Source of the DNA: Balanoglossus misakiensis
Lineage: Eukaryota; Animalia; Hemichordata
Length of the DNA: 64,000 nucleotides
Assembly: GCA_040954595.2 (NCBI GenBank)
Contig: CM082591.2
Location: 10,557,309 to 10,621,308, forward strand
Direction of reading: 5' to 3'
In this document: positions 25,901-41,300 of the stretch, one piece after another
Layout of the letters: every line of letters begins with the position of its first letter
Position numbering within the stretch: the stretch's first letter is position 1
Translations under genes and position numbers: made by a program
The notes under the pieces: model-generated
Databases searched by the model: none
What the model was told of the DNA's origin: nothing
The model's input: only the letters and a program-made list of their open reading frames with translations

Positions 25901-28900
25901 TTTGGAAGCAACCATGGAAACTTTAGAACTATCCGTCGTTCTACAGAGTCTAGAGGAAAACTTTCTTATCCTCATAGGCCTATCATGTGTTCTGCGCATC
26001 ACAACAGAATTTTGTAAACAAACGAGGCTGTGTTTGGAAGCAACCATGGAAACTTTAGAACTATCCGTCGATCTACAGAGTCTAGTGGAAAACTTTCTTA
26101 TCCTCATAGGCCTATCATGTGTTCTGCGCATCACAACAGAATTTTGTAAACAAACGAGGCTGTGTTTGGAAGCAACAATGGAAACTTTAGAACTATCCGT
26201 CGATCTACAGAGTCTAGTGGAAAACTTTCTTATCCTCATAGGCCTATCATGTGTTCTGCGCATCACAACAGAATTTTGTAAACAAACGAGGCTGTGTTTG
26301 GAAGCAACCATGGAAACTTTAGAACTATCCGTCGATCTACAGAGTCTAGTGGAAAACTTTCTTATCCTTATAGGCCTATCATGTGTTCTGCGCATCACAA
26401 CAGAATTTTGTAAACAAACGAGGCTGTGTTTGGAAGCAACCATGGAAACTTTAGAACTATCCGTCGATCTACAGAGTCTAGTGGAAAACTTTTTTATCCT
26501 CATAGGCCTATCATGTGTTCTGCGCATCACAACAGAATTTTGTAAACAAACGAGGCTGTGTTTGGAAGCAACCATGGAAACTTTAGAACTATCCGTCGAT
26601 CTACAGAGTCTAGTGGAAAACTTTCTTATCCTCATAGGCCTATCATGTGTTTTGCGCATCACAACAGAATTTTGTAAATAAACGAGGGTGTGTTTGGAAG
26701 CAACCATGGAAACTTTAGAACTATCCGTCGATCTACAGAGTCTAGTGGAAAACTTTCTTATGCGCATAGACCTATCATGTGTTCTGCACATCACAACAGA
26801 ATTTTGTAAACAAACAAGGCTGTGTTTAAAAGCAACCATGGAAACTTTAGAACTATCCGTCGTTCTACAGAGTCTAGTGGAAAACTTTCTTATGCGCATA
26901 GACCTATCATGTGTTCTGCGCATCACAACAGAATTTTGTAAACAAACAAGGCTGTGTTTAAAAGCAACCATGGAAACTTTAGAACTATCCGTCGTTCTAC
27001 AGAGTCTAGTGGAAAACTTTCTTATGCGCATAGACCTATCATGTGTTCTGCGCATCACAACAGAATTTTGTAAACAAACAAGGCTGTGTTTAAAAGCAAC
27101 CATGGAAACTTTAGAACTATCCGTCGATCTACAGAGTCTAGTGGAAAACTTTTTATCCTCATAGACCTATCATGTGTTCTGCGCATCACAACAGAATTTT
27201 GTAAACAAACGAGGCTGTGTTTGGAAGCAACCATGGAAACTTTAGAACTATCCGTCGTTCTACAGAGTCTAGAGGAAAACTTTCTTATCCTCATAGGCCT
27301 ATCATGTGTTCTGCGCATCACAACAGAATTTTGTAAACAAACGAGGCTGTGTTTGGAAGCAACCATGGAAACTTTAGAACTATCCGTCGATCTACAGAGT
27401 CTAGTGGAAAACTTTCTTATCCTCATAGGCCTATCATGTGTTCTGCGCATCACAACAGAATTTTGTAAACAAACGAGGCTGTGTTTGGAAGCAACAATGG
27501 AAACTTGAGAACTATCCGTCGATCTACAGAGTCTAGTGGAAAACTTTCTTATCCTCATAGGCCTATCATGTGTTCTGCGCATCACAACAGAATTTTGTAA
27601 ACAAACGAGGCTGTGTTTGGAAGCAACCATGGAAACTTTAGAACTATCCGTCGATCTACAGAGTCTAGTGGAAAACTTTCTTATCCTTATAGGCCTATCA
27701 TGTGTTCTGCGCATCACAACAGAATTTTGTAAACAAACGAGGCTGTGTTTGGAAGCAACCATGGAAACTTTAGAACTATCCGTCGATCTACAGAGTCTAG
27801 TGGAAAACTTTCTTATCCTCATAGGCCTATCATGTGTTCTGCGCATCACAACAGAATTTTGTAAACAAACGAGGCTGTGTTTGGAAGCAACAATGGAAAC
27901 TTTAGAACTATCCGTCGATCTACAGAGTCTAGTGGAAAACTTTCTTATCCTCATAGGCCTATCATGTGTTCTGCGCATCACAACAGAATTTTGTAAACAA
28001 ACGAGGCTGTGTTTGGAAGCAACCATGGAAACTTTAGAACTATCCGTCGATCTACAGAGTCTAGTGGAAAACTTTCTTATCCTTATAGGCCTATCATGTG
28101 TTCTGCGCATCACAACAGAATTTTGTAAACAAACGAGGCTGTGTTTGGAAGCAACCATGGAAACTTTAGAACTATCCGTCGATCTACAGAGTCTAGTGGA
28201 AAACTTTCTTATGCGCATAGACCTATCATGTGTTCTGCGCATCACAACAGAATTTTGTAAACAAACGAGGCTGTGTTTGGAAGCAACCATGGAAACTTTA
28301 GAACTATCCGTCGATCTACAGAGTCTAGTGGAAAACTTTCTTATCCTCATAGGCCTATCATGTGTTTTGCGCATCAGAACAGAATTTTGTAAATAAACGA
28401 GGGTGTGTTTGGAAGCAACCATGGAAACTTTAGAACTATCCGTCGATCTACAGAGTCTAGTGGAAAACTTTTTTATCCTCATAGACCTATCATGTGTTCT
28501 GCGCATCACAACAGAATTTTGTAAACAAACGAGGCTGTGTTTGGAAGCAACCATGGAAACTTTAGAACTATCCGTCGATCTACAGAGTCTAGTGGAAAAC
28601 TTTCTTATCCTTATAGGCCTATCATGTGTTCTGCGCATCACAACATAATTTTGTAAACAAACGAGGCTGTGTTTGGAAGCAACCATGGAAACTTTAGAAC
28701 TATCCGTCGATCTACAGAGTCTAGTGGAAAACTTTTTTATCCTCATAGGCCTATCATGTGTTCTGCGCATCACAACAGAATTTTGTAAACAAACGAGGCT
28801 GTGTTTGGAAGCAACCATGGAAACTTTAGAACTATCCGTCGATCTACAGAGTCTAGTGGAAAACTTTCTTATCCTCATAGGCCTATCATGTGTTTTGCGC

Positions 28901-31849
28901 ATCACAACAGAATTTTGTAAATAAACGAGGGTGTGTTTGGAAGCAACCATGGAAACTTTAGAACTATCCGTCGATCTACAGAGTCTAGTGGAAAACTTTC
29001 TTATGCGCATAGACCTATCATGCGTTCTGCGCATCACAACAGAATTTTGTAAACAAACGAGGCTGTGTTTGGAAGCAACCATGGAAACTTTAGAACTATC
29101 CGTCGATCTACAGAGTCTAGTGGAAAACTTTTTAATCCTCATAGGCCTATCATGTGTTCTGCGCATCACAACATAATTTTGTAAACAAACGAGGCTGTGT
29201 TTGGAAGCAACCATGGAAACTTTAGAACTATCCGTCGATCTACAGAGTCTAGTGGAAAACTTTTTTATCCTCATAGGCCTATCATGTGTTCTGCGCATCA
29301 CAACAGAATTTTGTAAACAAACGAGGCTGTGTTTGGAAGGAACCATGGAAACTTGAGAACTATCCGTCGATCTACAGAGTCTAGTGGAAAACTTTCTTAT
29401 CCTCATAGGCCTATCATGTGTTTTGCGCATCACAACAGAATTTTGTAAATAAACGAGGGTGTGTTTGGAAGCAACCATGGAAACTTTAGAACTATCCGTC
29501 GATCTACAGAGTGTAGTGGAAAACTTTCTTATGCGCATAGACCTATCATGTGTTCTGCGCATCACAACAGAATTTTGTAAACAAACGAGGCTGTGTTTAA
29601 AAGCAACCATGGAAACTTTAGAACTATCCGTCGATCTACAGAGTCTAGTGGAAAGCTTTCTTATGCGCATAGACCTATCATGTCTTCTGCGCATCACAAC
29701 AGAATTTTGTAAACAAACGAGACTGTGTTTGGAAGCAACCATGGAAACTTTAGAACTATCCGTCGTTCTACAGAGTCTAGAGGAAAACTTTCTTATCCTC
29801 ATAGGCCTATCATGTGTTCTGCGCATCACAACAGAATTTTGTAAACAAACGAGGCTGTGTTTGGAAGCAACCATGGAAACTTTAGAACTATCCGTCGATC
29901 TACAGAGTCCAGTGGAAAACTTTGTTATCCTCATAGGCCTATCATGTGTTCTGCGCATCACAACAGAATTTTGTAAACAAACGAGGCTGTGTTTGGAAGC
30001 AACCATGGAAACTTTAGAACTATCCGTCGATCTACAGAGTCTAGTGGAAAACTTTCTTATCCTCATAGGCCTATCATGTGTTCTGCGCATCACAACAGAA
30101 TTTTGTAAACAAACGAGGCTGTGTTTGGAAGCAACCATGGAAACTTTAGAACTATCCGTCGATCTACAGAGTCTAGTGGAAAACTTTTTAATCCTCATAG
30201 GCCTATCATGTGTTCTGCGCATCACAACAGAATTTTGTAAACAAACGAGGCTGTGTTTGGAAGCAACCATGGAAACTTTAGAACTATCCGTCGATCTACA
30301 GAGTCTAGTGGAAAACTTTCTTATGCGCATAGACCTATCATGTGTTCTGCGCATCACAACAGAATTTTGTAAACAAACGAGGCTGTGTTTGGAAGCAACC
30401 ATGGAAACTTAAGAACTATCCGTCGATCTACAGTCAAGTGGAAAAATATCTTATCCTCATAGGCCTATCATGTGTTCTGCGCATCACAACAGAATTTTGT
30501 AAATAAACGAGGGTGTGTTTGGAAGCAACCATGGAAACTTTAGAACTATCCGTCGATCTACAGAGTCTAGTGGAAAACTTTCTTATGCGCATAGACCTAT
30601 CATGCGTTCTGCGCATCACAACAGAATTTTGTAAACAAACGAGGCTGTGTTTGGAAGCAACCATGGAAACTTTAGAACTATCCGTCGATCTACAGAGTCT
30701 AGTGGAAAACTTTTTAATCCTCATAGGCCTATCATGTGTTCTGCGCATCACAACATAATTTTGTAAACAAACGAGGCTGTGTTTGGAAGCAACCATGGAA
30801 ACTTTAGAACTATCCGTCGATCTACAGAGTCTAGTGGAAAACTTTCTTATCCTCATAGGCCTATCATGTGTTATGCGCATCACAACAGAATTTTATAAAT
30901 AAACGAGGGTGTGTTTGGAAGCAACCATGGAAACTTTAGAACTATCCGTCGATCTACAGAGTGTAGTGGAAAACTTTCTTATGCGCATAGACCTATCATG
31001 TGTTCTGCGCATCACAACAGAATTTTGTAAACAAACGAGGCTGTGTTTAAAAGCAACCATGGAAACTTTAGAACTATCCGTCGATCTACAGAGTCTAGCG
31101 GAAAACTTTCTTATGCGCATAGACCTATCATGTGTTCTGCGCATCACAACAGAATTTTGTAAACAAACGAGGCTGTGTTTGGAAGCAACCATGGAAACTT
31201 TAGAACTATCCGTCGTTCTACAGAGTCTAGAGGAAAACTTTCTTATCCTCATAGGCCTATCATGTGTTCTGCGCATCACAACAGAATTTTGTAAACAAAC
31301 GAGGCTGTGTTTGGAAGCAACCATGGAAACTTTAGAACTATCCGTCGATCTACAGAGTCCAGTGGAAAACTTTCTTATCCTCATAGGCCTATCATGTGTT
31401 CTGCGCATCACAACAGAATTTTGTAAACAAACGAGGCTGTGTTTGGAAGCAACAATGGAAACTTTAGAACTATCCGTCGATCTACAGAGTCTAGTGGAAA
31501 ACTTTCTTATCCTCATAGGCCTATCATGTGTTCTGCGCATCACAACAGAATTTTGTAAACAAACGAGGCTGTGTTTGGAAGCAACCATGGAAACTTTAGA
31601 ACTATCCGTCGATCTACAGAGTCTAGTGGAAAACTTTTTAATCCTCATAGGCCTATCATGTGTTCTGCGCATCACAACAGAATTTTGTAAACAAACGAGG
31701 CTGTGTTTGGAAGCAACCATGGAAACTTTAGAACTATCCGTCGATCTACAGAGTCTAGTGGAAAACTTTCTTATGCGCATAGACCTATCATGTGTTCTGC
31801 GCATCACAACAGAATTTTGTAAACAAACAAGGCTGTGTTTGGAAGCAAC

Positions 31850-32900
31850 CATGGAAACTTAAGAACTATCCGTCGATCTACAGTCTAGTGGAAAACTATC
31901 TTATCCTCATAGGCCTATCATGTGTTCTGCGCATCACAACAGAATTTTGTAAACAAACTAGGCTGTGTTTGGAAGCAACCATGGAAACTTTAGAACAATC
32001 CGTCGATCTACAGAGTCTAGTGGAAAACTTTCTTATGCGCATAGACCTATCATGTGTTCTGCGCATCACAACAGAATTTTGTAAACAAACGAGGCTGTGT
32101 TTGGAAGCAACCATGGAAACTTAAGAACCATCCGTCGATCTACAGTCTAGTGGAAAACTTTCTTATCCTCATAGGCCTATCATGTGTTCTGCGCATCACA
32201 ACAGAATTTTGTAAACAAACTAGGCTGTGTTTGGAAGCAACCATGGAAACTTTAGAACTATCCGTCGATCTACAGAGTCTAGTGGAAAACTTTCTTATGC
32301 GCATAGACCTATCATGTGTTCTGCGCATCACAACAGAATTTTGTAAACAAACGAGGCTGTGTTTGGAAGCAACCATGGAAACTTAAGAACTATCCGTCGA
32401 TCTACAGTCTAGTGGAAAACTATCTTATCCTCATAGGCCTATCATGTGTTCTGCGCATCACAACAGAATTTTGTAAACAAACTAGGCTGTGTTTGGAAGC
32501 AACCATGGAAACTTTAGAACTATCCGTCGATCTACAGAGTCTAGTGGAAAACTTTCTTATGCGCATAGACCTATCATGTGTTCTGCGCATCACAACAGAA
32601 TTTTGTAAACAAACGAGGCTGTGTTTGGAAGCAACCATGGAAACTTAAGAACTATCCGTCGATCTACAGTCTAGTGGAAAACTTTCTTATCCTCACAGGC
32701 CTATCATGTGTTCTGCGCATCACAACAGAATTTTGTAAACAAACTAGGCTGTGTTTGGAAGCAACCATGGAAACTTTAGAACTATCCGTCGATCTACAGA
32801 GTCTAGTGGAAAACTTTCATATGCGCATAGACCTATCATGTGTTCTGCGCATCACAACAGAATTTTGTAAACAAACGAGGCTGTGTTTGGAAGCAACCAT
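31850..32900. repeat. Four tandem 262-bp dimers
   Basis: Frameshift ORFs at 31792, 32054, 32316 and 32578, with the same linked markers as the 4.8-11.4 kb dimers. Confidence 0.85.
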
Positions 32901-35900
32901 GGAAACTTAAGAACTATCCGTCGATCTACAGAGTCTAGAGGAAAACTTTCTTATCCTCATAGACCTATCATGTGTTCTGCGCATCACAACAGAATTTTGT
33001 AAACAAACGAGGCTGTGTTTGGAAGCAACCATGGAAACTTTAGAACTATCCGTCGTTCTACAGAGTCTAGAGGAAAACTTTCTTATCCTCATAGGCCTAT
33101 CATGTGTTCTGCGCATCACAACAGAATTTTGTAAACAAAGAAGGCTGTGTTTGGAAGCAACCATGGAAACTTTAGAACTATCCGTCGATCTACAGAGTCC
33201 AGTGGAAAACTTTCTTATCCTCATAGGCCTATAATGTGTTCTGCGCATCACAACAGAATTTTGTAAACAAACGAGGCTGTGTTTGGAAGCAACAATGGAA
33301 ACTTTAGAACTATCCGTCGATCTACAGAGTCTAGTGGAAAACTTTCTTATCCTCATAGGCCTATCATGTGTTCTGCGCATCACAACAGAATTTTGTAAAC
33401 AAACGAGGCTGTGTTTGGAAGCAACCATGGAAACTTTAGAACTATCCGTCGATCTACAGAGTCTAGTGGAAAACTTTTTTATCCTCATAGGCCTATCATG
33501 TGTTCTGCGCATCACAACAGAATTTTGTAAACAAACGAGGCTGTGTTTGGAAGCAACCATGGAAACTTTAGAACTATCCGTCGATCTACAGAGTCTAGTG
33601 GAAAACTTTCTTATGCGCATAGACCTATCATGTGTTCTGCGCATCACAACAGAATTTTGTAAACAAACGAGGCTGTGTTTGGAAGCAACCATGGAAACTT
33701 AAGAACTATCCGTCGATCTACAGAGTCTAGTGGAAAACTTTCTTATCCTCATAGGCCTATCATGTGTTCTGCGCATCACAACAGAATTTTGTAAACAAAC
33801 GAGGCTGTGTTTGGATGCAGCCATGGAAACTTTAGAACTATCCGTCGATCTACAGAGTCTAGTGGAAAACTTTCTTATGCGCATAGACCTATCATGTGTT
33901 CTGCGCATCACAACAGAATTTTGTAAACAAACGAGGCTGTGTTTGGAAGCAACCATGGAAACTTTAGAACTATCCGTCGATCTACAGAGTCTAGTGGAAA
34001 ACTTTCTGATGCGCATAGACCTATCATGTGTTCTGCGCATCACAACAGAATTTTGTAAACAAACGAGGCTGTGTTTGGAAGCAACCATGGAAACTTTAGA
34101 ACTATCCGTCGATCTACAGAGTCTAGTGGAAAACTTTCTTATCCTCATAGACCTATCATGTGTTCTGCGCATCACAACAGAATTTTGTAAACAAACGAGA
34201 CTGTGTTTGGAAGCAACCATGGAAACTTTAGAACTATCCGTCGATCTACAGAGTCTAGTGGAAAACTTTCTTATGCGCATAGACCTATCATGTGTTCTGC
34301 GCATCACAACAGAATTTTGTAAACAAACGAGGCTGTGTTTGGAAGCAACCATGGAAACTTTAGAACTATCCGTCGATCTACAGAGTCTAGTGAAAAACTT
34401 TCTTATCCTCATAGACCTATCATGTGTTCTGCGCATCACAACAGAATTTTGTAAACAAACGAGGCTGTGTTTGGAAGCAACCATGGAAACTTTATAACTA
34501 TCCGTCGATCTACAGAGTCTAGTGGAAAACTTTCTTATGCGCATAGACCTATCATGTGTTCTGCGCATCACAACATAATTTTGTAAACAAACGAGGCTGT
34601 GTTTGGAAGCAACCATGGAAACTTTAGAACTATCCGTCGATCTACAGAGTCTAGTGGAAAACTTTTTTATCCTCATAGGCCTATCATGTGTTCTGCGCAT
34701 CACAACAGAATTTTGTAAACAAACGAGGCTGTGTTTGGAAGCAACCATGGAAACTTTAGAACTATCCGTCGATCTACAGAGTCTAGTGGAAAACTTTCTT
34801 ATGCGCATAGACCTATCATGTGTTCTGCGCATCACAACAGAATTTTGTAAACAAACGAGGCTGTGTTTGGAAGCAACCATGGAAACTTAAGAACTATCCG
34901 TCGATCTACAGAGTCTAGTGGAAAACTTTCTTATCCTCATAGGCCTATCATGTGTTCTGCGCATCACAACAGAATTTTGTAAACAAACGAGGCTGTGTTT
35001 GGATGCAGCCATGGAAACTTTAGAACTATCCGTCGATCTACAGAGTCTAGTGGAAAACTTTCTTATGCGCATAGACCTATCATGTGTTCTGCGCATCACA
35101 ACAGAATTTTGTAAACAAACGAGGCTGTGTTTGGAAGCAACCATGGAAACTTTAGAACTATCCGTCGATCTACAGAGTCTAGTGGAAAACTTTCTGATGC
35201 GCATAGACCTATCATGTGTTCTGCGCATCACAACAGAATTTTGTAAACAAACGAGGCTGTGTTTGGAAGCAACCATGGAAACTTTAGAACTATCCGTCGA
35301 TCTACAGAGTCTAGTGGAAAACTTTCTTATCCTCATAGACCTATCATGTGTTCTGCGCATCACAACAGAATTTTGTAAACAAACGAGACTGTGTTTGGAA
35401 GCAACCATGGAAACTTTAGAACTATCCGTCGATCTACAGAGTCTAGTGGAAAACTTTCTTATGCGCATAGACCTATCATGTGTTCTGCGCATCACAACAG
35501 AATTTTGTAAACAAACGAGGCTGTGTTTGGAAGCAACCATGGAAACTTTAGAACTATCCGTCGATCTACAGAGTCTAGTGAAAAACTTTCTTATCCTCAT
35601 AGACCTATCATGTGTTCTGCGCATCACAACAGAATTTTGTAAACAAACGAGGCTGTGTTTGGAAGCAACCATGGAAACTTTATAACTATCCGTCGATCTA
35701 CAGAGTCTAGTGGAAAACTTTCTTATGCGCATAGACCTATCATGTGTTCTGCGCATCACAACATAATTTTGTAAACAAACGAGGCTGTGTTTGGAAGCAA
35801 CCATGGAAACTTTAGAACTATCCGTCGATCTACAGAGTCTAGTGGAAAACTTTCTTATCCTCATAGACCTATCATGTGTTCTGCGCATCACAACAGAATT

Positions 35901-38300
35901 TTGTAAACAAACGAGGCTGTGTTTGGAAGCAACCATGGAAACTTTAGAACTATCCGTCGATCTACAGAGTCTAGTGGAAAACTTTCTTATGCGCATAGAC
36001 CTATCATGTGTTCTGCGCATCACAACAGAATTTTGTAAACAAACGAGGCTGTGTTTGGAAGCAACCATGGAAACTTTAGAACTATCCGTCGATCTACAGA
36101 GTCTAGTGGAAAACTTTCTTATCCTCATAGGCCTATCATGTGTTCTGCGCATCACAACAGAATTTTGTAAACAAACTAGGCTGTGTTTGGAAGCAACCAT
36201 GGAAACTTTAGAACTATCCGTCGATCTACAGAGTCTAGTGGAAAACTTTCTTATGCGCATAGACCTATCATGTGTTCTGCGCATCACAACAGAATTTTGT
36301 AAACAAACGAGGCTGTGTTTGGAAGCAACCATGGAAACTTAAGAACTATCCGTCGATCTACAGTCTAGTGGAAAACTTTCTTATCCTCACAGGCCTATCA
36401 TGTGTTCTGCGCATCACAACAGAATTTTGTAAACAAACTAGGCTGTGTTTGGAAGCAGCCATGGAAACTTTAGAACTATCCGTCGATCTACAGAGTCTAG
36501 TGGAAAACTTTCATATGCGCATAGACCTATCATGTGTTCTGCGCATCACAACAGAATTTTGTAAACAAACGAGGCTGTGTTTGGAAGCAACCATGGAAAC
36601 TTAAGAACTATCCGTCGATCTACAGAGTCTAGAGGAAAACTTTCTTATCCTCATAGACCTATCATGTGTTCTGCGCATCACAACAGAATTTTGTAAACAA
36701 ACGAGGCTGTGTTTGGAAGCAACCATGGAAACTTTAGAACTATCCGTCGTTCTACAGAGTCTAGAGGAAAACTTTCTTATCCTCATAGGCCTATCATGTG
36801 TTCTGCGCATCACAACAGAATTTTGTAAACAAAGAAGGCTGTGTTTGGAAGCAACCATGGAAACTTTAGAACTATCCGTCGATCTACAGAGTCCAGTGGA
36901 AAACTTTCTTATCCTCATAGGCCTATAATGTGTTCTGCGCATCACAACAGAATTTTGTAAACAAACGAGGCTGTGTTTGGAAGCAACAATGGAAACTTTA
37001 GAACTATCCGTCGATCTACAGAGTCTAGTGGAAAACTTTCTTATCCTCATAGGCCTATCATGTGTTCTGCGCATCACAACAGAATTTTGTAAACAAACGA
37101 GGCTGTGTTTGGAAGCAACCATGGAAACTTTAGAACTATCCGTCGATCTACAGAGTCTAGTGGAAAACTTTTTTATCCTCATAGGCCTATCATGTGTTCT
37201 GCGCATCACAACAGAATTTTGTAAACAAACGAGGCTGTGTTTGGAAGCAACCATGGAAACTTTAGAACTATCCGTCGATCTACAGAGTCTAGTGGAAAAC
37301 TTTCTTATGCGCATAGACCTATCATGTGTTCTGCGCATCACAACAGAATTTTGTAAACAAACGAGGCTGTGTTTGGAAGCAACCATGGAAACTTAAGAAC
37401 TATCCGTCGATCTACAGAGTCTAGTGGAAAACTTTCTTATCCTCATAGGCCTATCATGTGTTCTGCGCATCACAACAGAATTTTGTAAACAAACGAGGCT
37501 GTGTTTGGATGCAGCCATGGAAACTTTAGAACTATCCGTCGATCTACAGAGTCTAGTGGAAAACTTTCTTATGCGCATAGACCTATCATGTGTTCTGCGC
37601 ATCACAACAGAATTTTGTAAACAAACGAGGCTGTGTTTGGAAGCAACCATGGAAACTTTAGAACTATCCGTCGATCTACAGAGTCTAGTGGAAAACTTTC
37701 TGATGCGCATAGACCTATCATGTGTTCTGCGCATCACAACAGAATTTTGTAAACAAACGAGGCTGTGTTTGGAAGCAACCATGGAAACTTTAGAACTATC
37801 CGTCGATCTACAGAGTCTAGTGGAAAACTTTCTTATCCTCATAGACCTATCATGTGTTCTGCGCATCACAACAGAATTTTGTAAACAAACGAGACTGTGT
37901 TTGGAAGCAACCATGGAAACTTTAGAACTATCCGTCGATCTACAGAGTCTAGTGGAAAACTTTCTTATGCGCATAGACCTATCATGTGTTCTGCGCATCA
38001 CAACAGAATTTTGTAAACAAACGAGGCTGTGTTTGGAAGCAACCATGGAAACTTTAGAACTATCCGTCGATCTACAGAGTCTAGTGAAAAACTTTCTTAT
38101 CCTCATAGACCTATCATGTGTTCTGCGCATCACAACAGAATTTTGTAAACAAACGAGGCTGTGTTTGGAAGCAACCATGGAAACTTTATAACTATCCGTC
38201 GATCTACAGAGTCTAGTGGAAAACTTTCTTATGCGCATAGACCTATCATGTGTTCTGCGCATCACAACATAATTTTGTAAACAAACGAGGCTGTGTTTGG
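32600..38300. repeat. 28-mer-offset duplication (3694 bp) with nested 9-mer (1188 bp)
   Basis: 32578->36272, 32907->36601 and 33699->37393 = 3694 (28x132-2); 33699->34887 = 1188. Private markers GGATGCAGCC, AGTGAAAA and TTTATAAC each occur three times in register. Confidence 0.85.
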
Positions 38301-41300
38301 AAGCAACCATGGAAACTTTAGAACTATCCGTCGATCTACAGAGTCTAGTGGAAAACTTTCTTATCCTCATAGACCTATCATGTGTTCTGCGCATCACAAC
38401 AGAATTTTGTAAACAAACGAGGCTGTGTTTGGAAGCAACCATGGAAACTTTAGAACTATCCGTCGATCTACAGAGTCTAGTGGAAAACTTTCTTATGCGC
38501 ATAGACCTATCATGTGTTCTGCGCATCACAACAGAATTTTGTAAACAAACGAGGCTGTGTTTGGAAGCAACCATGGAAACTTAAGAACTATCCGTCGATC
38601 TACAGAGTCTAGTGGAAAAATTTCTTATCCTCATAGACCTATCATGTGTTCTGCGCATCACAACAGAATTTTGTAAACAAACGAGGCTGTGTTTGGAAGC
38701 AACCATGGAAACTTTAGAACTATCCGTCGATCTACAGAGTCTAGTGGAAAACTTTCTTATGCGCATAGACCTATCATGTGTTCTGCGCATCACAACAGAA
38801 TTTTGTAAACAAACGAGGCTGTGTTTGGAAGCAACCATGGAAACTTTAGAACTATCCGTCGATCTACAGAGTCTAGTGGAAAACTTTCTTATGCGCATAG
38901 ACCTATCATGTGTTCTGCGCATCACAACAGAATTTTGTAAACAAACGAGGCTGTGTTTGGAAGCAACCATGGAAACTTTAGAACTATCCGTCGATCTACA
39001 GAGTCTAGTGGAAAACTTTCTTATGCGCATAGACCTATCATGTGTTCTGCGCATCACAACAGAATTTTGTAAACAAACGAGGCTGTGTTTGGAAGCAACC
39101 ATGGAAACTTAAGAACTATCCGTCGATCTACAGAGTCTAGTGGAAAAATTTCTTATCCTCATAGACCTATCATGTGTTCTGCGCATCACAACAGAATTTT
39201 GTAAACAAACGAGGCTGTGTTTGGAAGCAACAATGGAAACTTTAGAACTATCCGTCGATCTACAGAGTCTAGAGGAAAACTTTCTTATCCTCATAGACCT
39301 ATCATGTGTTCTGCGCATCACAACAGAATTTTGTAAACAAACGAGGCTGTGTTTGGAAGCAACAATGGAAACTTTAGAACTATCCGTCGATCTACAGAGT
39401 CTAGTGGAAAACTTTCTTATCCTCATAGGCCTATCATGTGTTCTGCGCATCACAACAGAATTTTGTAAACAAACGAGGCTGTGTTTGGAAGCAGCCATGG
39501 AAACTTTAGAACTATCCGTCGATCTACAGAGTCTAGTGGAAAACTTTCTTATGCGCATAGACCTATCATGTGTTCTGCGCATCACAACAGAATTTTGTAA
39601 ACAAACGAGGCTGTGTTTGGAAGCAGCCATGGAAACTTAAGAACTATCCGTCGATCTACAGAGTCTAGTGGAAAACTTTCTGATCCTCATAGGCCTATCA
39701 TGTGTTCTGCGCATCACAACAGAATTTTGTAAACAAACGAGGCTTTGTTTGGAAGCAGCCATGGAAACTTTAGAACTATCCGTCGATCTACAGAGTCTAG
39801 TGGAAAACTTTCTTATGCGCATAGACCTATCATGTGTTCTGCGCATCACAACAGAATTGTGTAAACAAACGAGGCTGTGTTTGGAAGCAACCATGGAAAC
39901 TTTAGAACTATCCGTCGATCTACAGAGTCTAGTGGAAAACTTTCTTATGCGCATAGACCTATCATGTGTTCTGCGCATCACAACAGAATTTTGTAAACAA
40001 ACGAGGCTGTGTTTGGAAGCAACAATGGAAACTTTAGAACTATCCGTCGATCTACAGAGTCTAGTGGAAAACTTTCTTATCCTCATAGACCTATCATGTG
40101 TTCTGCGCATCACAACAGAATTTTGTAAACAAACGAGGCTGTGTTTGGAAGCAACCATGGAAACTTTAGAACTATCCGTCGATCTACAGAGTCTAGTGGA
40201 AAACTTTCTTATGCGCATAGACCTATCATGTGTTCTGCGCATCACAACAGAATTTTGTAAACAAACGAGGCTGTGTTTGGAAGCAACCATGCAAACTTTA
40301 GAACTATCCGTTGATCTACAGAGTCTTGTGGAAAACTTTCTTATCCTCATAGACCTATCATGTGTTCTGCGCATCACAACAGAATTTTGTAAACAAACGA
40401 GGCTGTGTTTGGAAGCAACAATGGAAACTTTAGAACTATCCGTCGATCTACAGAGTCTAGAGGAAAACTTTCTTATCCTCATAGACCTATCATGTGTTCT
40501 GCGCATCACAACAGAATTTTGTAAACAAACGAGGCTGTGTTTGGAAGCAACAATGGAAACTTTAGAACTATCCGTCGATCTACAGAGTCTAGTGGAAAAC
40601 TTTCTTATCCTCATAGACCTATCATGTGTTCTGCGCATCACAACAGAATTTTGTAAACAAACGAGGCTGTGTTTGGAAGCAACCATGGAAACTTTAGAAC
40701 TATCCGTCGATCTACAGAGTCTAGTGGAAAACTTTCTTATGCGCATAGACCTATCATGTGTTCTGCGCATCACAACAGAATTTTGTAAACAAACGAGGCT
40801 GTGTTTGGAAGCAACCATGGAAACTTAAGAACTATCCGTCGATCTACAGAGTCTAGTGGAAAACTTTCTTATCCTCATAGGCCTATCATGTGTTCTGCGC
40901 ATCACAACAGAATTTTGTAAACAAACGAGGCTTTGTTTGGAAGCAGCCATGGAAACTTTAGAACTATCCGTCGATCTACAGAGTCTAGTGGAAAACTTTC
41001 TTATGCGCATAGACCTATCATGTGTTCTGCGCATCACAACAGAATTGTGTAAACAAACGAGGCTGTGTTTGGAAGCAACCATGGAAACTTTAGAACTATC
41101 CGTCGATCTACAGAGTCTAGTGGAAAACTTTCTTGTGCGCATAGACCTATCATGTGTTCTGCGCATCACAACAGAATTTTGTAAACAAACGAGGCTGTGT
41201 TTGGAAGCAACCATGGAAACTTTAGAACTATCCGTCGATCTACAGAGTCTAGTGGAAAACTTTCTTATGCGCATAGACCTATCATGTGTTCTGCGCATCA

